Notes: a model not told the origin generated them from the letters alone. A stretch of 64,000 nucleotides of DNA from an uncultured bacterium (GCA_963695335.1 OY968764.1:672001-736000); one strand, 5' to 3'; positions 46,851-57,020 are shown, counted from the stretch's first letter. Made by a program: numbers and translations.

Positions 46851-47686
46851 ATTCTAACCCCACATTTTTTTAATTTGTTTGCAAGATGCGAGGGTTTATC
46901 ACACACAATTGCTTGCATCCCCATTGTTTTTGCAGTTGCAGCAGCTTCTTCTTGATCTTCAATAACAATGCAGTTGGCAGGATTAAGATTATGAGTTTCC
47001 ATGAGATGTGTTAAAATAGCTTCACCTGGTTTTATTTTTTTGATATGTGATGAAATAACAATGCCATCAAATTGACTTATAAGTTCAGGAAATTTTTGTT
47101 GTGATGTTGCGTATAGCTCTTCTGGTGCATTAGCACAACAATACACAGGGTGTCCGGCATCTTTTAATTTTTGAATCAGTTGTGTAGTTGATTTTACAGG
47201 TTCAATCATAACCGTAACAGTTTGTGGATCAAGCACAAGATCCATAATATCTTTCATCAGTTCTTTCTCTTTAACGCTACTGAAAAATTTTTGTTCATCA
47301 AGCATTTGCATACCTTGAGCAATTTCTTCTCGTGCTTGCGCGCATGTTTTTTTACCTTCTTGCAGTTCAACAAGGCAGCGGGGCATAGTGCGTTTTTGCA
47401 GTGTAAGAACAACGTGTGGTTTGTGCAGTTCATGTTTGCTCATTTCATCAAGCATATCAAGACAGCGATGACCTGGGTTTTTCCAATGAGTTATGGCATA
47501 GCTTGCTAAAGTTCCATAACCTATTTTTTTTGCAAAACCTATCTGGTTTTCTTTAATAACAACATTAGTCAGATCAAAAATAATAACATGTTTTGGAGAT
47601 GTGCTAGGGTTACTTGTTTTTTTTGCAGACATTGATTGTGTTAAGATGAGTAGAAATGAAATGTTTATACATTGAAATATTTTCAT
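46847..47686 (-). CDS. HAD-family hydrolase with signal-like N-terminus
   Basis: IIFDLTNV, FDGIVISS..KP, IEDQEE. Confidence 0.8.
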   Translation of the reverse strand: MKIFQCINISFLLILTQSMSAKKTSNPSTSPKHVIIFDLTNVVIKENQIGFAKKIGYGTLASYAITHWKNPGHRCLDMLDEMSKHELHKPHVVLTLQKRTMPRCLVELQEGKKTCAQAREEIAQGMQMLDEQKFFSSVKEKELMKDIMDLVLDPQTVTVMIEPVKSTTQLIQKLKDAGHPVYCCANAPEELYATSQQKFPELISQFDGIVISSHIKKIKPGEAILTHLMETHNLNPANCIVIEDQEEAAATAKTMGMQAIVCDKPSHLANKLKKCGVRI

Positions 47687-47857
47687 GTCTTCCCCTTTAA
47701 TTTTAAAGTATGTTCTGAGCGTAAATAATTTTGTTTTCTCTATGCAAGTGATTACTGAAATGTTTGCGAATTAGTAACTATTTTGTACAATAAAGTATTA
47801 TATTAGTTAATCATGCAGATAGAAATTTTATAGCAGTAGCGTTATAGGGAATTTTTT

Positions 47858-49108
47858 ATGAATATAATACGTAATATTCGTTTTTTTATTTTGATAACTT
47901 TGTGCTTGAATTCCCTGAATGCATTAGCCAATGAATATAGACCACGTCCTTATTCTGTTCCACAGTATAATAAAGCTCATAGTAGAGCTTTTTTTGCGTT
48001 TTCACCATTACTGTTTATTGGAAAATTTGCAGACGGGCTTTCTCATAATGTAGGAAAAATTTTTGAAAATATTGATCTTTCTTCTGGGGCACATATCATT
48101 CAAGAACATAGAGTAATGTTGAGTGCTGCAGGGGCTGTAATTGTATTATCTTTTTTAGTTAAGCAACTACAGAAATCAGAGATGTGTGGAACATGGTTGG
48201 GTGAAAAATATACGGAAATAAGTACATCAGTTAGTGATTGTGCAAAGCCTCATATTAAAAAAATATGTCCAAAACCTGTTCGGTATTCTATAAAACTATT
48301 AATGCAATTTTTTTGTAATGTGATTAAAAGATATATCGCGATGAACCAAGGAACTATTGTGTATTCTGCAACAGCTCCTGTTGCGGGAAAGTTGCTTGAC
48401 AATGTAATTGGTTGTCCCATTCCCTTGTTAAGTTGGACATCAGTTGGATGGATAACAAGTGGAGTTGTGATTACTAAAGCGTATTTTGATTCAAGTTTTG
48501 AGAAAGTTAATGAAAGATTTGATGGTATTGAAACTGAAATGAAACAAGTTAGTGAAAAGAACATAGCACAACACACTGCTACTCAAGAAAAAATAGGAGT
48601 AGTGCAAACCACAATTAATACAATGGGACAAAGTATTACTCAGTTATTTAATAAAATACAGAATTTAAAGACAGGCGTTGGACAAGTTAAAGAGCAAGTA
48701 GGTAGTGTGCTGAAAGAGTTAGTGGGAATAAAAGACCAAGTAAATTTATTACATGACAAGATTGATACGCAAGATAAAAAGACTGTTGAGCAATATGAAA
48801 AATTAACAAAACGAATGGAAACGTTAGAAAAACTTCTATATCAAAAAGCAGAACGTGATGAAACTTTGAGGTTAGAATTGCAAGGATTTAAAGAGACTTA
48901 TCAAAAAGATCACGTAGCTTTACGGAAAGATTTGAGTGAAACTTCTACTCATATAAGTCGGCAAATTACTGGTGTTCAAAAAGAAGTTCAAGAAGGATTT
49001 TCTTCACAGTCTAAGTTGTTGTGTCAACCAGGTGGTGACCATAGTAAAGATGTGCATATACACATGTTGCAGTTGCAATTAGATCAGAGATCTGCAAACA
49101 ACAGTTAA
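47858..49108 (+). CDS. Secreted/membrane protein with long C-terminal coiled coil
   Basis: Signal peptide, hydrophobic segments, heptad-rich C-terminal half. Confidence 0.7.
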   Translation: MNIIRNIRFFILITLCLNSLNALANEYRPRPYSVPQYNKAHSRAFFAFSPLLFIGKFADGLSHNVGKIFENIDLSSGAHIIQEHRVMLSAAGAVIVLSFLVKQLQKSEMCGTWLGEKYTEISTSVSDCAKPHIKKICPKPVRYSIKLLMQFFCNVIKRYIAMNQGTIVYSATAPVAGKLLDNVIGCPIPLLSWTSVGWITSGVVITKAYFDSSFEKVNERFDGIETEMKQVSEKNIAQHTATQEKIGVVQTTINTMGQSITQLFNKIQNLKTGVGQVKEQVGSVLKELVGIKDQVNLLHDKIDTQDKKTVEQYEKLTKRMETLEKLLYQKAERDETLRLELQGFKETYQKDHVALRKDLSETSTHISRQITGVQKEVQEGFSSQSKLLCQPGGDHSKDVHIHMLQLQLDQRSANNS

Positions 49109-49175
49109 TTCTTTTTCAATAATCGTGTATTGTATGTATTATTTTTACATTGAAAAAAGATTATGAGGAGGTTGT

Positions 49176-49871
49176 ATGAATGGTAGTATAAAAAAAGCAT
49201 TATTGATCTGCTTTGTGATAGGAATAATAGTCGGACTTGTGTGGTATTTTGGTTTGCATGAATATTTTTCACTTGCATCATTACAAAGTAACAGAGTTTA
49301 TTTGGAAGAGGCAGTAAAAACGAATTACGTTCAAGCAGTTCTTATTTTTATGGCTATTTATGCAGCCGTTATCTCTCTTGGTATGCCAGGAGTGCCACCT
49401 TTGACTATGTTGGGTGGTTTTTTATTTGGGTTCTTACCATGTATTGTTTTTGCCAGTATTAGTTCAACAGTGGGAACAACAATATCTTTTCTGGTGATTC
49501 GTTATGTGCTGGGGAATTTGATCAGAGGGAAATACGCACAAAAGCTTGATCGGTTTAATGAAAAAATAGCGTCGCATGGAACCGCGAGTTATTTATTAAC
49601 GATGCAATTAATGGGGGTTATCCCTTATTTTGTTATCAACGTTTTGGCTGCACTAACCAATGTTTCTATAACAACATTCATGTGGACAACATGTGTTGGA
49701 TCGTTGCCTATTTTGGGTATTTACGCTTTTGCTGGAGGGCAGTTGTATTCAGTTGAATCAGTTAAAGATATTTTTTCACCATCAATTATAGCTTTGTTAG
49801 TTGTACTGATATTGGTTTCATTGATGCCGCTATTATTGAGATTTTCTCGTCGAGTAACTGATTTAGAATGA
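49176..49871 (+). CDS. TVP38/TMEM64 (VTT/DedA superfamily) membrane protein
   Basis: LGMPG..LTMLGGFLFG, GTTISFLVIRY, IPYFVIN, FMWTT.VGSLP. Confidence 0.85.
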   Translation: MNGSIKKALLICFVIGIIVGLVWYFGLHEYFSLASLQSNRVYLEEAVKTNYVQAVLIFMAIYAAVISLGMPGVPPLTMLGGFLFGFLPCIVFASISSTVGTTISFLVIRYVLGNLIRGKYAQKLDRFNEKIASHGTASYLLTMQLMGVIPYFVINVLAALTNVSITTFMWTTCVGSLPILGIYAFAGGQLYSVESVKDIFSPSIIALLVVLILVSLMPLLLRFSRRVTDLE

Positions 49872-50695
49872 GCTAGTCTAATATTTGCAATAAGTTTTTT
49901 AAAGCATGATTCATGCATAACAGCGTTGATGCCCAACTGTTGAGCTGCTGCTATGTTTTCTTTTTGATCATCAATAAACCAACAATCTTGTGGATCTAAT
50001 TTGTATTGAGTTAATAAAGCTTCATATATTGTGTTGTGTGGTTTATTCGCTTTGATATGACCGGAGATGATAATTCCATCAAAAAGATCAAATAATTGCG
50101 GATGTTTTTTTTGAAGTAATACAAAAGATTCGGCATCCCAGTTGGAAAGGGCATATACTTTATGTCCTTCTTTTTTACATTTTTTTATAAAAGCAATTCC
50201 CGCAGCCGATATTTTACGAGAATTAATAAAATGTTCGGGAGTAAAAATCATCAGCAACAGATTTTCAACAAGACGTTGTTCGGCTGAACACTTAAACCAT
50301 TCTGGATGTGCAGTAATGCTATTATCTATCAGTGTTCGGATTTCTGAACTTGTCATAATGCCTTGGAGCCATGCGCACATAAGGAGGGGTAACTGATCAC
50401 CTTTTTCATCATAGGTAAGATGAATATTTGTATTGTTGAGATTATGCGTTTGGGCTATAGCGTTGAGCGTTGCAAAGAGGGCTTTTTTGATATGATAATC
50501 AAGATTTAAAGGATTTATTCTGTGTCTGACGCTATAGGTGGCAAGGTTCATCATTCCTAAATGCTGAAACGATACACGTTTATCTGTTTCAATAAGCACT
50601 CCGCCAAGATCAAAAATAAAGATCTTTGCTGACGTAGATGAGTAGCAAAGGGTCAAATACATAAAGAGTTGGTATAAAGATTGGCGAATGTTCAT
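49721..50695 (-). CDS. HAD-family hydrolase, paralog of 46847-47686, with 3' overlap
   Basis: IFDLGGVL, ALSNW, FDGIIISG..KP, FIDDQKENI. Confidence 0.85.
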   Translation of the reverse strand: MNIRQSLYQLFMYLTLCYSSTSAKIFIFDLGGVLIETDKRVSFQHLGMMNLATYSVRHRINPLNLDYHIKKALFATLNAIAQTHNLNNTNIHLTYDEKGDQLPLLMCAWLQGIMTSSEIRTLIDNSITAHPEWFKCSAEQRLVENLLLMIFTPEHFINSRKISAAGIAFIKKCKKEGHKVYALSNWDAESFVLLQKKHPQLFDLFDGIIISGHIKANKPHNTIYEALLTQYKLDPQDCWFIDDQKENIAAAQQLGINAVMHESCFKKLIANIRLAHSKSVTRRENLNNSGINETNISTTNKAIIDGEKISLTDSTEYNCPPAKA

Positions 50696-50781
50696 TGGTT
50701 TTCCCTTTAAAAAAGCTTCTTTTTACTCTTTTAGTATACCACAAATTAATACAGGTAGTAAAGATGGGTTGTGGTAAATAA

Positions 50782-50820
50782 TAAAAACGTCCGATTGTGG
50801 TGAACAACCGGACGTTTTTA
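50782..50820 (-). terminator. Terminator hairpin
   Basis: TAAAAACGTCCG...CGGACGTTTTTA. Confidence 0.75.
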
Positions 50821-50840
50821 TGTTCAAAAAGTTGGTTGAG

Positions 50841-51248
50841 TTATTTTGATGATGCGTTTATCCATTCAATCTGTGTATACCATCCATAACCGCCAAAGCG
50901 TGGGTAGATCATAATAATGGCATCTGCATCAGGGTGGTAGATTTGTTCTTGTTTAATTTGATTATATGTGTTTGAAATGTCGTAATAGCTACCACCAATA
51001 GTACTTATAGAAAGAAAGTGTTGTGACGGGTTTATTATATTATATGCTGATGCTTGACGAGCAATTTCCATACTAGCTCCATTGCCAAGAATTGTTGGTT
51101 TTAAATGGTGGGCATTCTGAGCAGGCGCTTCTACGTATTGTATTTTTTGTCCATAATTATTTTGTATGAATACTCTTGCCAAGACTGAAGATGTGCTGAT
51201 CCAGCTGAGTACAATCGTCCCTAAAAGATTGATATATAATTTTTTCAT
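50841..51248 (-). CDS. Secreted hypothetical protein ('NNYG' domain)
   Basis: Signal; VFIQNNYG, LGNG, LSIST, DAII.I.P, W shared with 51283-52107. Confidence 0.7.
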   Translation of the reverse strand: MKKLYINLLGTIVLSWISTSSVLARVFIQNNYGQKIQYVEAPAQNAHHLKPTILGNGASMEIARQASAYNIINPSQHFLSISTIGGSYYDISNTYNQIKQEQIYHPDADAIIMIYPRFGGYGWYTQIEWINASSK

Positions 51249-51282
51249 CAGATTTCCTTTTTTTTATAATGACAACTATTTC

Positions 51283-52107
51283 TTATAAAGCTTCTCCGCG
51301 GGATTTATAGTTAGTTAAACTATTATGGCATCTTGTGATGCTTCTTTTGATGTCATCTATTGCGGGAGCAAGGTCAGGGCTCACGAACCCTTTCTTTTTG
51401 AGCATTCTTTTATCTATTCGATATACAGGTGCCATGAGATTACGTTTTAATTCATCGCAAAGATTAATTTTTCCTAATTTTTTTGCTTGAGCATAATTGG
51501 CAGAGCAAACTTCTGCTGCTTTTTTTGCATAATCCGCTCCTAAAGCCCCTCTTTTTATGGCTTCTAGTCGCTGATCTGCACTGTTTAAATCCATAAGATT
51601 TTCTTCTTGTTCATAATTGATCATATAAGAAGGAGCTTGGATGGGTTCAGGTATATTTGGATTTATTTTTGGCGCTCCTACAAGAGTAGGGAAATCTGAA
51701 GGTTCAAATGGTTTAATTTTACCTTTTGTCTCCCATCTGAGAGATATATTCCAGTTGCTCATATAGCCGCTTGGTTCTATAGCTATTACAGCATCATCGT
51801 TTACATGTCGAGCTTGTTGATTTCTGATATCAATAAGATAGGGATTAAGATTAAGAGGGGAACCATAGTTTAGATAACCTATGGTGCGTATAGAAAGCAT
51901 TGCTATGTAATTTACATCCCCAAGATTGACTCGTACATTATTACCAAGATTGTATCCTTCTGGTTGTTGCGAGGAAATTACATAGTTAAGCATTGCACCA
52001 TAATTATTTTCTAAGTAGACATTTATTCCTGAGTAGATTGCATGCGATAAGAAGCTTATTCCAAGGATAAAGCTTACTTTATATACATAGAGATTTGTTT
52101 TTTTCAT
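51283..52107 (-). CDS. Secreted hypothetical protein ('NNYG' domain plus helical C-terminus)
   Basis: Signal; VYLENNYG, LGNN, LSIRT, DAVIAIEP. Confidence 0.7.
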   Translation of the reverse strand: MKKTNLYVYKVSFILGISFLSHAIYSGINVYLENNYGAMLNYVISSQQPEGYNLGNNVRVNLGDVNYIAMLSIRTIGYLNYGSPLNLNPYLIDIRNQQARHVNDDAVIAIEPSGYMSNWNISLRWETKGKIKPFEPSDFPTLVGAPKINPNIPEPIQAPSYMINYEQEENLMDLNSADQRLEAIKRGALGADYAKKAAEVCSANYAQAKKLGKINLCDELKRNLMAPVYRIDKRMLKKKGFVSPDLAPAIDDIKRSITRCHNSLTNYKSRGEAL

Positions 52108-52248
52108 GGGACCCCCTTTTTATAATTAAATCATTTCTAGCATAATCATGGCAGATGGAGAATACAAATTGCAATATATTGAAGATGTTAATTTTTGAAT
52201 GCTTTGGTATACTGAAAACAGATATTTTAGCTTTATTGGAAGTAATCT

Positions 52249-52644
52249 ATGCTTAATTTTTACCAAGAAATTTTAATGGATCATTATCGTAATCCCCGTA
52301 ACAGTGGGGTTATTGGGGGTGCTGATTTTAGCGCAGAACAGCGCAACAGTTCTTGCGGTGACGAGGTGCTGTGTACAGGCATAGTTACAAATAACATGCT
52401 TGGCTGTGTGCTTTTTAAAGGTAAAGGATGCGTGATTAGCCAAGCAACGGCGTCATTGCTATCTGAATATGTTCAAAATAAGTCTTTGGATGCTATTTCA
52501 GATCTTGATAAGGATGACATTATTGCTATGATTGGAATGCCGTTAGGCCCTGTGAGGTTGCAATGTGGTTTATTGCCGCTTATAGCATTACAAAATGGAA
52601 TACGCGATTATGTTAGATCGTCTCAAGCTTCTTGTAGAACTTAA
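52249..52644 (+). CDS. sufU: SufU/NifU-type Fe-S scaffold or sulfur acceptor
   Basis: YQEILMDHYRNPRN, NSSCGD, GCVISQA, RLQC. Confidence 0.88.
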   Translation: MLNFYQEILMDHYRNPRNSGVIGGADFSAEQRNSSCGDEVLCTGIVTNNMLGCVLFKGKGCVISQATASLLSEYVQNKSLDAISDLDKDDIIAMIGMPLGPVRLQCGLLPLIALQNGIRDYVRSSQASCRT

Positions 52645-53737
52645 TAATCTTGCCGATAAACTTTTTGTTGATACAACTCCTTTTTATCATCTTGCCCAAG
52701 ATATTTGGCACTCTATTACCCAAGATTCAACATTTTTGTATAAAGTCAGACAGGTAGATAATGCGCCATGGCCCGTGCCATTATGGACTGGTAATATTGG
52801 TGATATCATTCCCGTGGAGCGGATTACGTATCCTCATGTGGTACTCTCTGTGGATGGGTCTCAAATTTATCCCGATAGGCATAATGTCTTATCGTGCTGT
52901 TTAATTAATACTGGATCAGTAGTATTACCCTATAATGGCGAACATAGACGCGTACAGCTATCTTCAGAACCAACAGTATTTGCGGGTGTAGATGAAAGTG
53001 GCCACGCATTCACCACCGATGGCGTCAATTGTAAGCGGCAAGAGCTTGAGTTACGTGCAGGGCTTGATCTAAGTAAAAAGATACAACAAGAATATAGCGA
53101 CGTTCCATCAATTTTATTTTTTGATGGCTCTTTAATTTTTTGGCATTTATCATCAAAAGAAATTGATGTGAGATATCATTTTCTGAACGCATATCTAGCA
53201 TTGCTTGATGAACTGCACCATGAAAAAACTGTTGTGTGTTGGTATATCAGTATGCCAAAAAGTAAAGAGTTAATGAGTTTGGTTCGTCTTTATTTGTGTA
53301 ATTTTGATGTTGAAAAAAAAGAGTTGTATGAATCGGTGGAAAGTGTGATTGATAGCGGAATTATGTATAGTGCTTTGGAGCCTTATACCCGTTCAATTGT
53401 TTTCAGTAATCATAGTAGTATTAGCACATATTATCCACAACATTTACGACCATTTTTCTTTTATCTGCATACGGGTAATGAAATTGGTCGTGTAGAAATA
53501 CCTGCATGGATTGCGCATGATGAAGAGATGGTAAATTTTGTTGCGCAGATAGTTATTGATCAATGTATTAAAGGTGGTGGTTACCCGGTGGCTTTGGCTG
53601 AGGCGCATGAGCAAGCTGTTGTTAAAGGACCTGATCGTGAATTTTTTTATCACTTCTTGCAAAAAATGGGCATGGAGCGAAACCATACCCAATCTATTTC
53701 TCGTAAAAGTTTAAAAAAGCGTGGTATTGGAATTTAA
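52610..53737 (+). CDS. nurA: NurA-family nuclease
   Basis: SVDGSQIYPD, FDGSL, RVEIPAW, GYPVALAEAHEQAVV. Confidence 0.85.
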   Translation: MLDRLKLLVELNNLADKLFVDTTPFYHLAQDIWHSITQDSTFLYKVRQVDNAPWPVPLWTGNIGDIIPVERITYPHVVLSVDGSQIYPDRHNVLSCCLINTGSVVLPYNGEHRRVQLSSEPTVFAGVDESGHAFTTDGVNCKRQELELRAGLDLSKKIQQEYSDVPSILFFDGSLIFWHLSSKEIDVRYHFLNAYLALLDELHHEKTVVCWYISMPKSKELMSLVRLYLCNFDVEKKELYESVESVIDSGIMYSALEPYTRSIVFSNHSSISTYYPQHLRPFFFYLHTGNEIGRVEIPAWIAHDEEMVNFVAQIVIDQCIKGGGYPVALAEAHEQAVVKGPDREFFYHFLQKMGMERNHTQSISRKSLKKRGIGI

Positions 53738-54750
53738 AGTTCTATTTTATCAGTTGTTTTAGCTATTGCTTGTTCAATGATATCAATAACTTCCTGATCA
53801 CCTGTGGCTTGAGCTGCTTTTAATGGCGTATCACCATTATCATTTGCAATTATTGGATTTGCTTTATGTTCAAGCAATGTTTGTATCACCGCAATATCTT
53901 GATCTCTATTCTCTATGTCTTCAGGGAAATAGTTTTGTATTGCTCGCAGAAGCGCTGTGTTGCCGCTTGCATCTTGTTGATTAATATTCAGACCAGGTTG
54001 TTTTGTAAGGAATGTAATGGTTTCAGCATTATGAGCATACATGAGTGGCGTTTTGCCGTTAAAACCAGTTTGGTTGATATTAGCGCCATTTTTTAAAAGA
54101 TATTGCATTAAGAATGTATTATCACTTTTTATTGCGTACATTAATGGTGAGGAATATTCTTCAGAATCTTTATTCCAACGATAGGTAAAATCAAGATCGA
54201 CTTTATAAAGTTTATCGTCAAGCTTAAAACCTTTAAGCAACTTGTCTAATTTTGGAAGTACACCACCCATTTCTTGTATCTCGTCTACATTTTTCATTAT
54301 TGTAGCCAGAGCAAGTTGTATTTTAAATTGGTGTTTGGATGCTTTAGTTTGGAAAGCTTTTGCTGCTGTTGTATCAGCAACATCAAATTTCTTTGCACGA
54401 TTTTTGATAAGTTCAAGATCAATTTCAGGATCATTAATTAAGTTATTGAGGAGAGTGTTTGTTCGCGCAAGAGAATTGATAGTTTGCGCTGATTCTTTGA
54501 GTGTTGTGTCCGCGCAGCTTTTGGCAAACAGTTGAATAATCGTTGTTTGCACTTCTATTGGCAGTTCAGAAAAGCCTGTGCCGGGCATTATTGTGGCTGT
54601 TAATAACTGTTTTAATCCTGAATAGCCATTGAACAGTGTTGATTTCGCATAGCTAAGCCATCCGTTGTTGTTATTTTCGGATGAATAACTGTTAAAAATA
54701 AGAGTGATGAGTACAAGCGGTAAAATATTTATTCTTTTTGACAATTTCAT
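53734..54750 (-). CDS. Secreted F-box-like + ankyrin-repeat protein
   Basis: Signal; FSELPIEVQTTIIQL; SPLMYA, GKTPLMYA, GNTALLRA, GDTPLKAA. Confidence 0.85.
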   Translation of the reverse strand: MKLSKRINILPLVLITLIFNSYSSENNNNGWLSYAKSTLFNGYSGLKQLLTATIMPGTGFSELPIEVQTTIIQLFAKSCADTTLKESAQTINSLARTNTLLNNLINDPEIDLELIKNRAKKFDVADTTAAKAFQTKASKHQFKIQLALATIMKNVDEIQEMGGVLPKLDKLLKGFKLDDKLYKVDLDFTYRWNKDSEEYSSPLMYAIKSDNTFLMQYLLKNGANINQTGFNGKTPLMYAHNAETITFLTKQPGLNINQQDASGNTALLRAIQNYFPEDIENRDQDIAVIQTLLEHKANPIIANDNGDTPLKAAQATGDQEVIDIIEQAIAKTTDKIEL

Positions 54751-54814
54751 TACTTTCTCCTTTTTAATACTTAGTATTAATCTTAGTTTATAAAATTTTC
54801 AGCTTGAAAATCAA

Positions 54815-54880
54815 CCCTTTAACCCATCTTTCGCATAAAGCTTCGGAGTACACGGTCGCTGGACACGGCAGGGCGAACGG
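54815..54880. repeat. Degenerate A arm with B-like insert
   Basis: CCCTTTAAC..TTCGCATAAAGCTTCGG..CAGGGCGAACGG. Confidence 0.55.
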
Positions 54881-54895
54881 GGGAAGCGCAAAAAA

Positions 54896-54919
54896 AAAGA
54901 GGCCGATTAAGGCCTCTTT
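54896..54919 (-). terminator. dnaJ terminator
   Basis: AAAGAGGCC-gattaa-GGCCTCTTT with the A tract on + giving a U tract on -. Confidence 0.8.
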
Positions 54920-54941
54920 GAATTCACATAACTTGTGTGCA

Positions 54942-56078
54942 TTAACCCAAGAATTTTTTGAAAAAGCTTGTAATAAAGCCTTCATTGCTGGCTTGTGTGC
55001 CTACAATATCAGAGTATTCTTGGAGTTTCTTTTTAGCATCAGCTGATATTTTGGTTGGAATATAGCATTGGGTAATGATTACAAGGTTACCACGGGTTTT
55101 GCCTCGTAGCTTATAGAAACCTTCACCTGAGATGACTATTTTCTCTCCAACAGGGCAGCCTTTTGGAATTTTGATCGTGTGTTTTGTATCATCGATGCTT
55201 TCAATATCCACTTGGCAACCAAGGGTCAGTTGTGGGTAGGTCAGCATGACATGGCAAATCAGATCGTCTTGATCACGTTTAAAGACTTTGTCTTCTTTAA
55301 TACGGATCTGTAAGAAAAGATCGCCAGCAGGTCCACCATAAAGGCCGGCATCTGCTTTTTCACTCACGCGCAGTTCTGCATTATTGAAAATACCTCGAGG
55401 GATATTAACAGTAAATTTATCATACCGTTGAACGCGTGATTGACCGTTACATCCTGTACATGGTGTGGGAATAATAAAGCCTTGTCCATTACAGCTGCTG
55501 CACGCTTGCGCATACATGAAAAAGCCCTGTTTAAAGTGCATTTCACCAGAGCCGTTACACGAGGTACAGGTTTGGGCAGATGTTCCTGGTTTAGCACCCA
55601 TTCCATTACAGGTTTCACAACTAAAGTAGTGATGGTATGCAATCTCTTTTTTGGTGCCAAGGAACGCATCTTTGAGAGTAATTTCTATTTCTTTGGTTAA
55701 AGATAAGCCAGCTTGCGGTTGTGGCCCTTTTTTGCGTCGGCTTTTTGCAGCCCCCCCATTAAACATAGAGCCAAAGATGTCGCCAAAATTTTCAAAAATG
55801 TCATCCATGTTCATATTGCCAGCATGACTGAATCCGCCATGCCCGCCACCCATGCCACTCGTTGCATGACCAAATTGATCATACTGAGTACGTTTAGAAG
55901 CGTCACCAAGCACTTCATAAGCTTCAGTAGCTTCTTTAAACTTATCTTCAGCTACTTTGTTGTCAGGGTTACGATCTGGATGGTATTTCATCGCCAGTTT
56001 ACGGTAGGCGGTCTTAATTTCATCAGTTGAAGCTGATTTGCTGACGCCTAAAACATTATAGAAATCTGCTTTACTCAT
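54942..56078 (-). CDS. dnaJ: Chaperone DnaJ
   Basis: J domain (YHPDRN), G/F region, four CxxCxGxG-type repeats, C-terminal domain. Confidence 0.96.
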   Translation of the reverse strand: MSKADFYNVLGVSKSASTDEIKTAYRKLAMKYHPDRNPDNKVAEDKFKEATEAYEVLGDASKRTQYDQFGHATSGMGGGHGGFSHAGNMNMDDIFENFGDIFGSMFNGGAAKSRRKKGPQPQAGLSLTKEIEITLKDAFLGTKKEIAYHHYFSCETCNGMGAKPGTSAQTCTSCNGSGEMHFKQGFFMYAQACSSCNGQGFIIPTPCTGCNGQSRVQRYDKFTVNIPRGIFNNAELRVSEKADAGLYGGPAGDLFLQIRIKEDKVFKRDQDDLICHVMLTYPQLTLGCQVDIESIDDTKHTIKIPKGCPVGEKIVISGEGFYKLRGKTRGNLVIITQCYIPTKISADAKKKLQEYSDIVGTQASNEGFITSFFKKFLG

Positions 56079-56104
56079 AATGGCCTCTTTTTGTTCGATT
56101 GGCT

Positions 56105-56365
56105 TTATTCTTCAGTTGGTGTTTCTTCGTTTTCTTCAGACTTCTTTTTAGCCTGAGAACGTAAGCCACCAAGCGTAGGCTTGCATAGCTCTTTTCTTTC
56201 TTCAAGAACGTCATATGCTTTTTGAATTTGTTTGAATTTTTCTTCAGCTTCTGCGCTGCCAGGGTTACGATCTGGATGGTATTTCATAGCTAATGCACGG
56301 TATGCAGCTTTAATTTCATCCATTGTAGCGAAAGAATCAACGCCAAGAATTTTATAATATTTCAT
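56105..56365 (-). CDS. Small J-domain-only protein
   Basis: [37 protein letters not shown]. Confidence 0.8.
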   Translation of the reverse strand: MKYYKILGVDSFATMDEIKAAYRALAMKYHPDRNPGSAEAEEKFKQIQKAYDVLEERKELCKPTLGGLRSQAKKKSEENEETPTEE

Positions 56366-56468
56366 AAAAATCCATATAGTTAAAGCCATCATTTTGTGGC
56401 TAAATTAATATTTTACCTTTCTATTATAACATAAAATTAGGCTTATGCTAAGGGGAAAGGGTGGATTT

Positions 56469-57020
56469 TTATGGGCGGGCACAGTTAAGGGCTAGGGACA
56501 GCTTTTCTTGTTGGGCACATTGTTTGAATGGTTTGGGCAGATTTTGCTCTTCAAGTGAAAAAGAACCTTTTTTTAATACAGGTTCAACATCATCAGGTAC
56601 GGTTAAGACAAGATAGTATGTGGTTGTGGGAGCAAGGCTTTCTTTTTCATCAAAATTAAGAATAAGGGTTTGTTTGCATTTATTCCAGACGCCATCACAT
56701 ACCAAGTTTTCTTCGATGGGCAAAAAGAGATCTTTTTCAAAATTTTTTCTATAAAGTGATGCTATTAAATTATCAAGAGTTTCGCCATCCCAGTGGAGAT
56801 TAATTGTTTCTATAAAAACAGGATCTTTGGAGCGTTTTTTAAAGGTAATGCTGCCGGCAAGAATCCATTTGCCACCAAATTGAGCTACTTTTTTACAGTC
56901 TTCTTCTAAACAACGCCATTTCGGTTTTAAAGTAATATTAAAAGTTTCTTCTGCGTGGCAGAATAATAGAGGCAATGTACTTAAGAAAATTGATAATATC
57001 CATTGTGCATAACGTTTCAT
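56469..57020 (-). CDS. Secreted hypothetical protein
   Basis: GGAG RBS; signal MKRYAQWILSIFLSTLPLLFCHA. Confidence 0.7.
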   Translation of the reverse strand: MKRYAQWILSIFLSTLPLLFCHAEETFNITLKPKWRCLEEDCKKVAQFGGKWILAGSITFKKRSKDPVFIETINLHWDGETLDNLIASLYRKNFEKDLFLPIEENLVCDGVWNKCKQTLILNFDEKESLAPTTTYYLVLTVPDDVEPVLKKGSFSLEEQNLPKPFKQCAQQEKLSLALNCARP

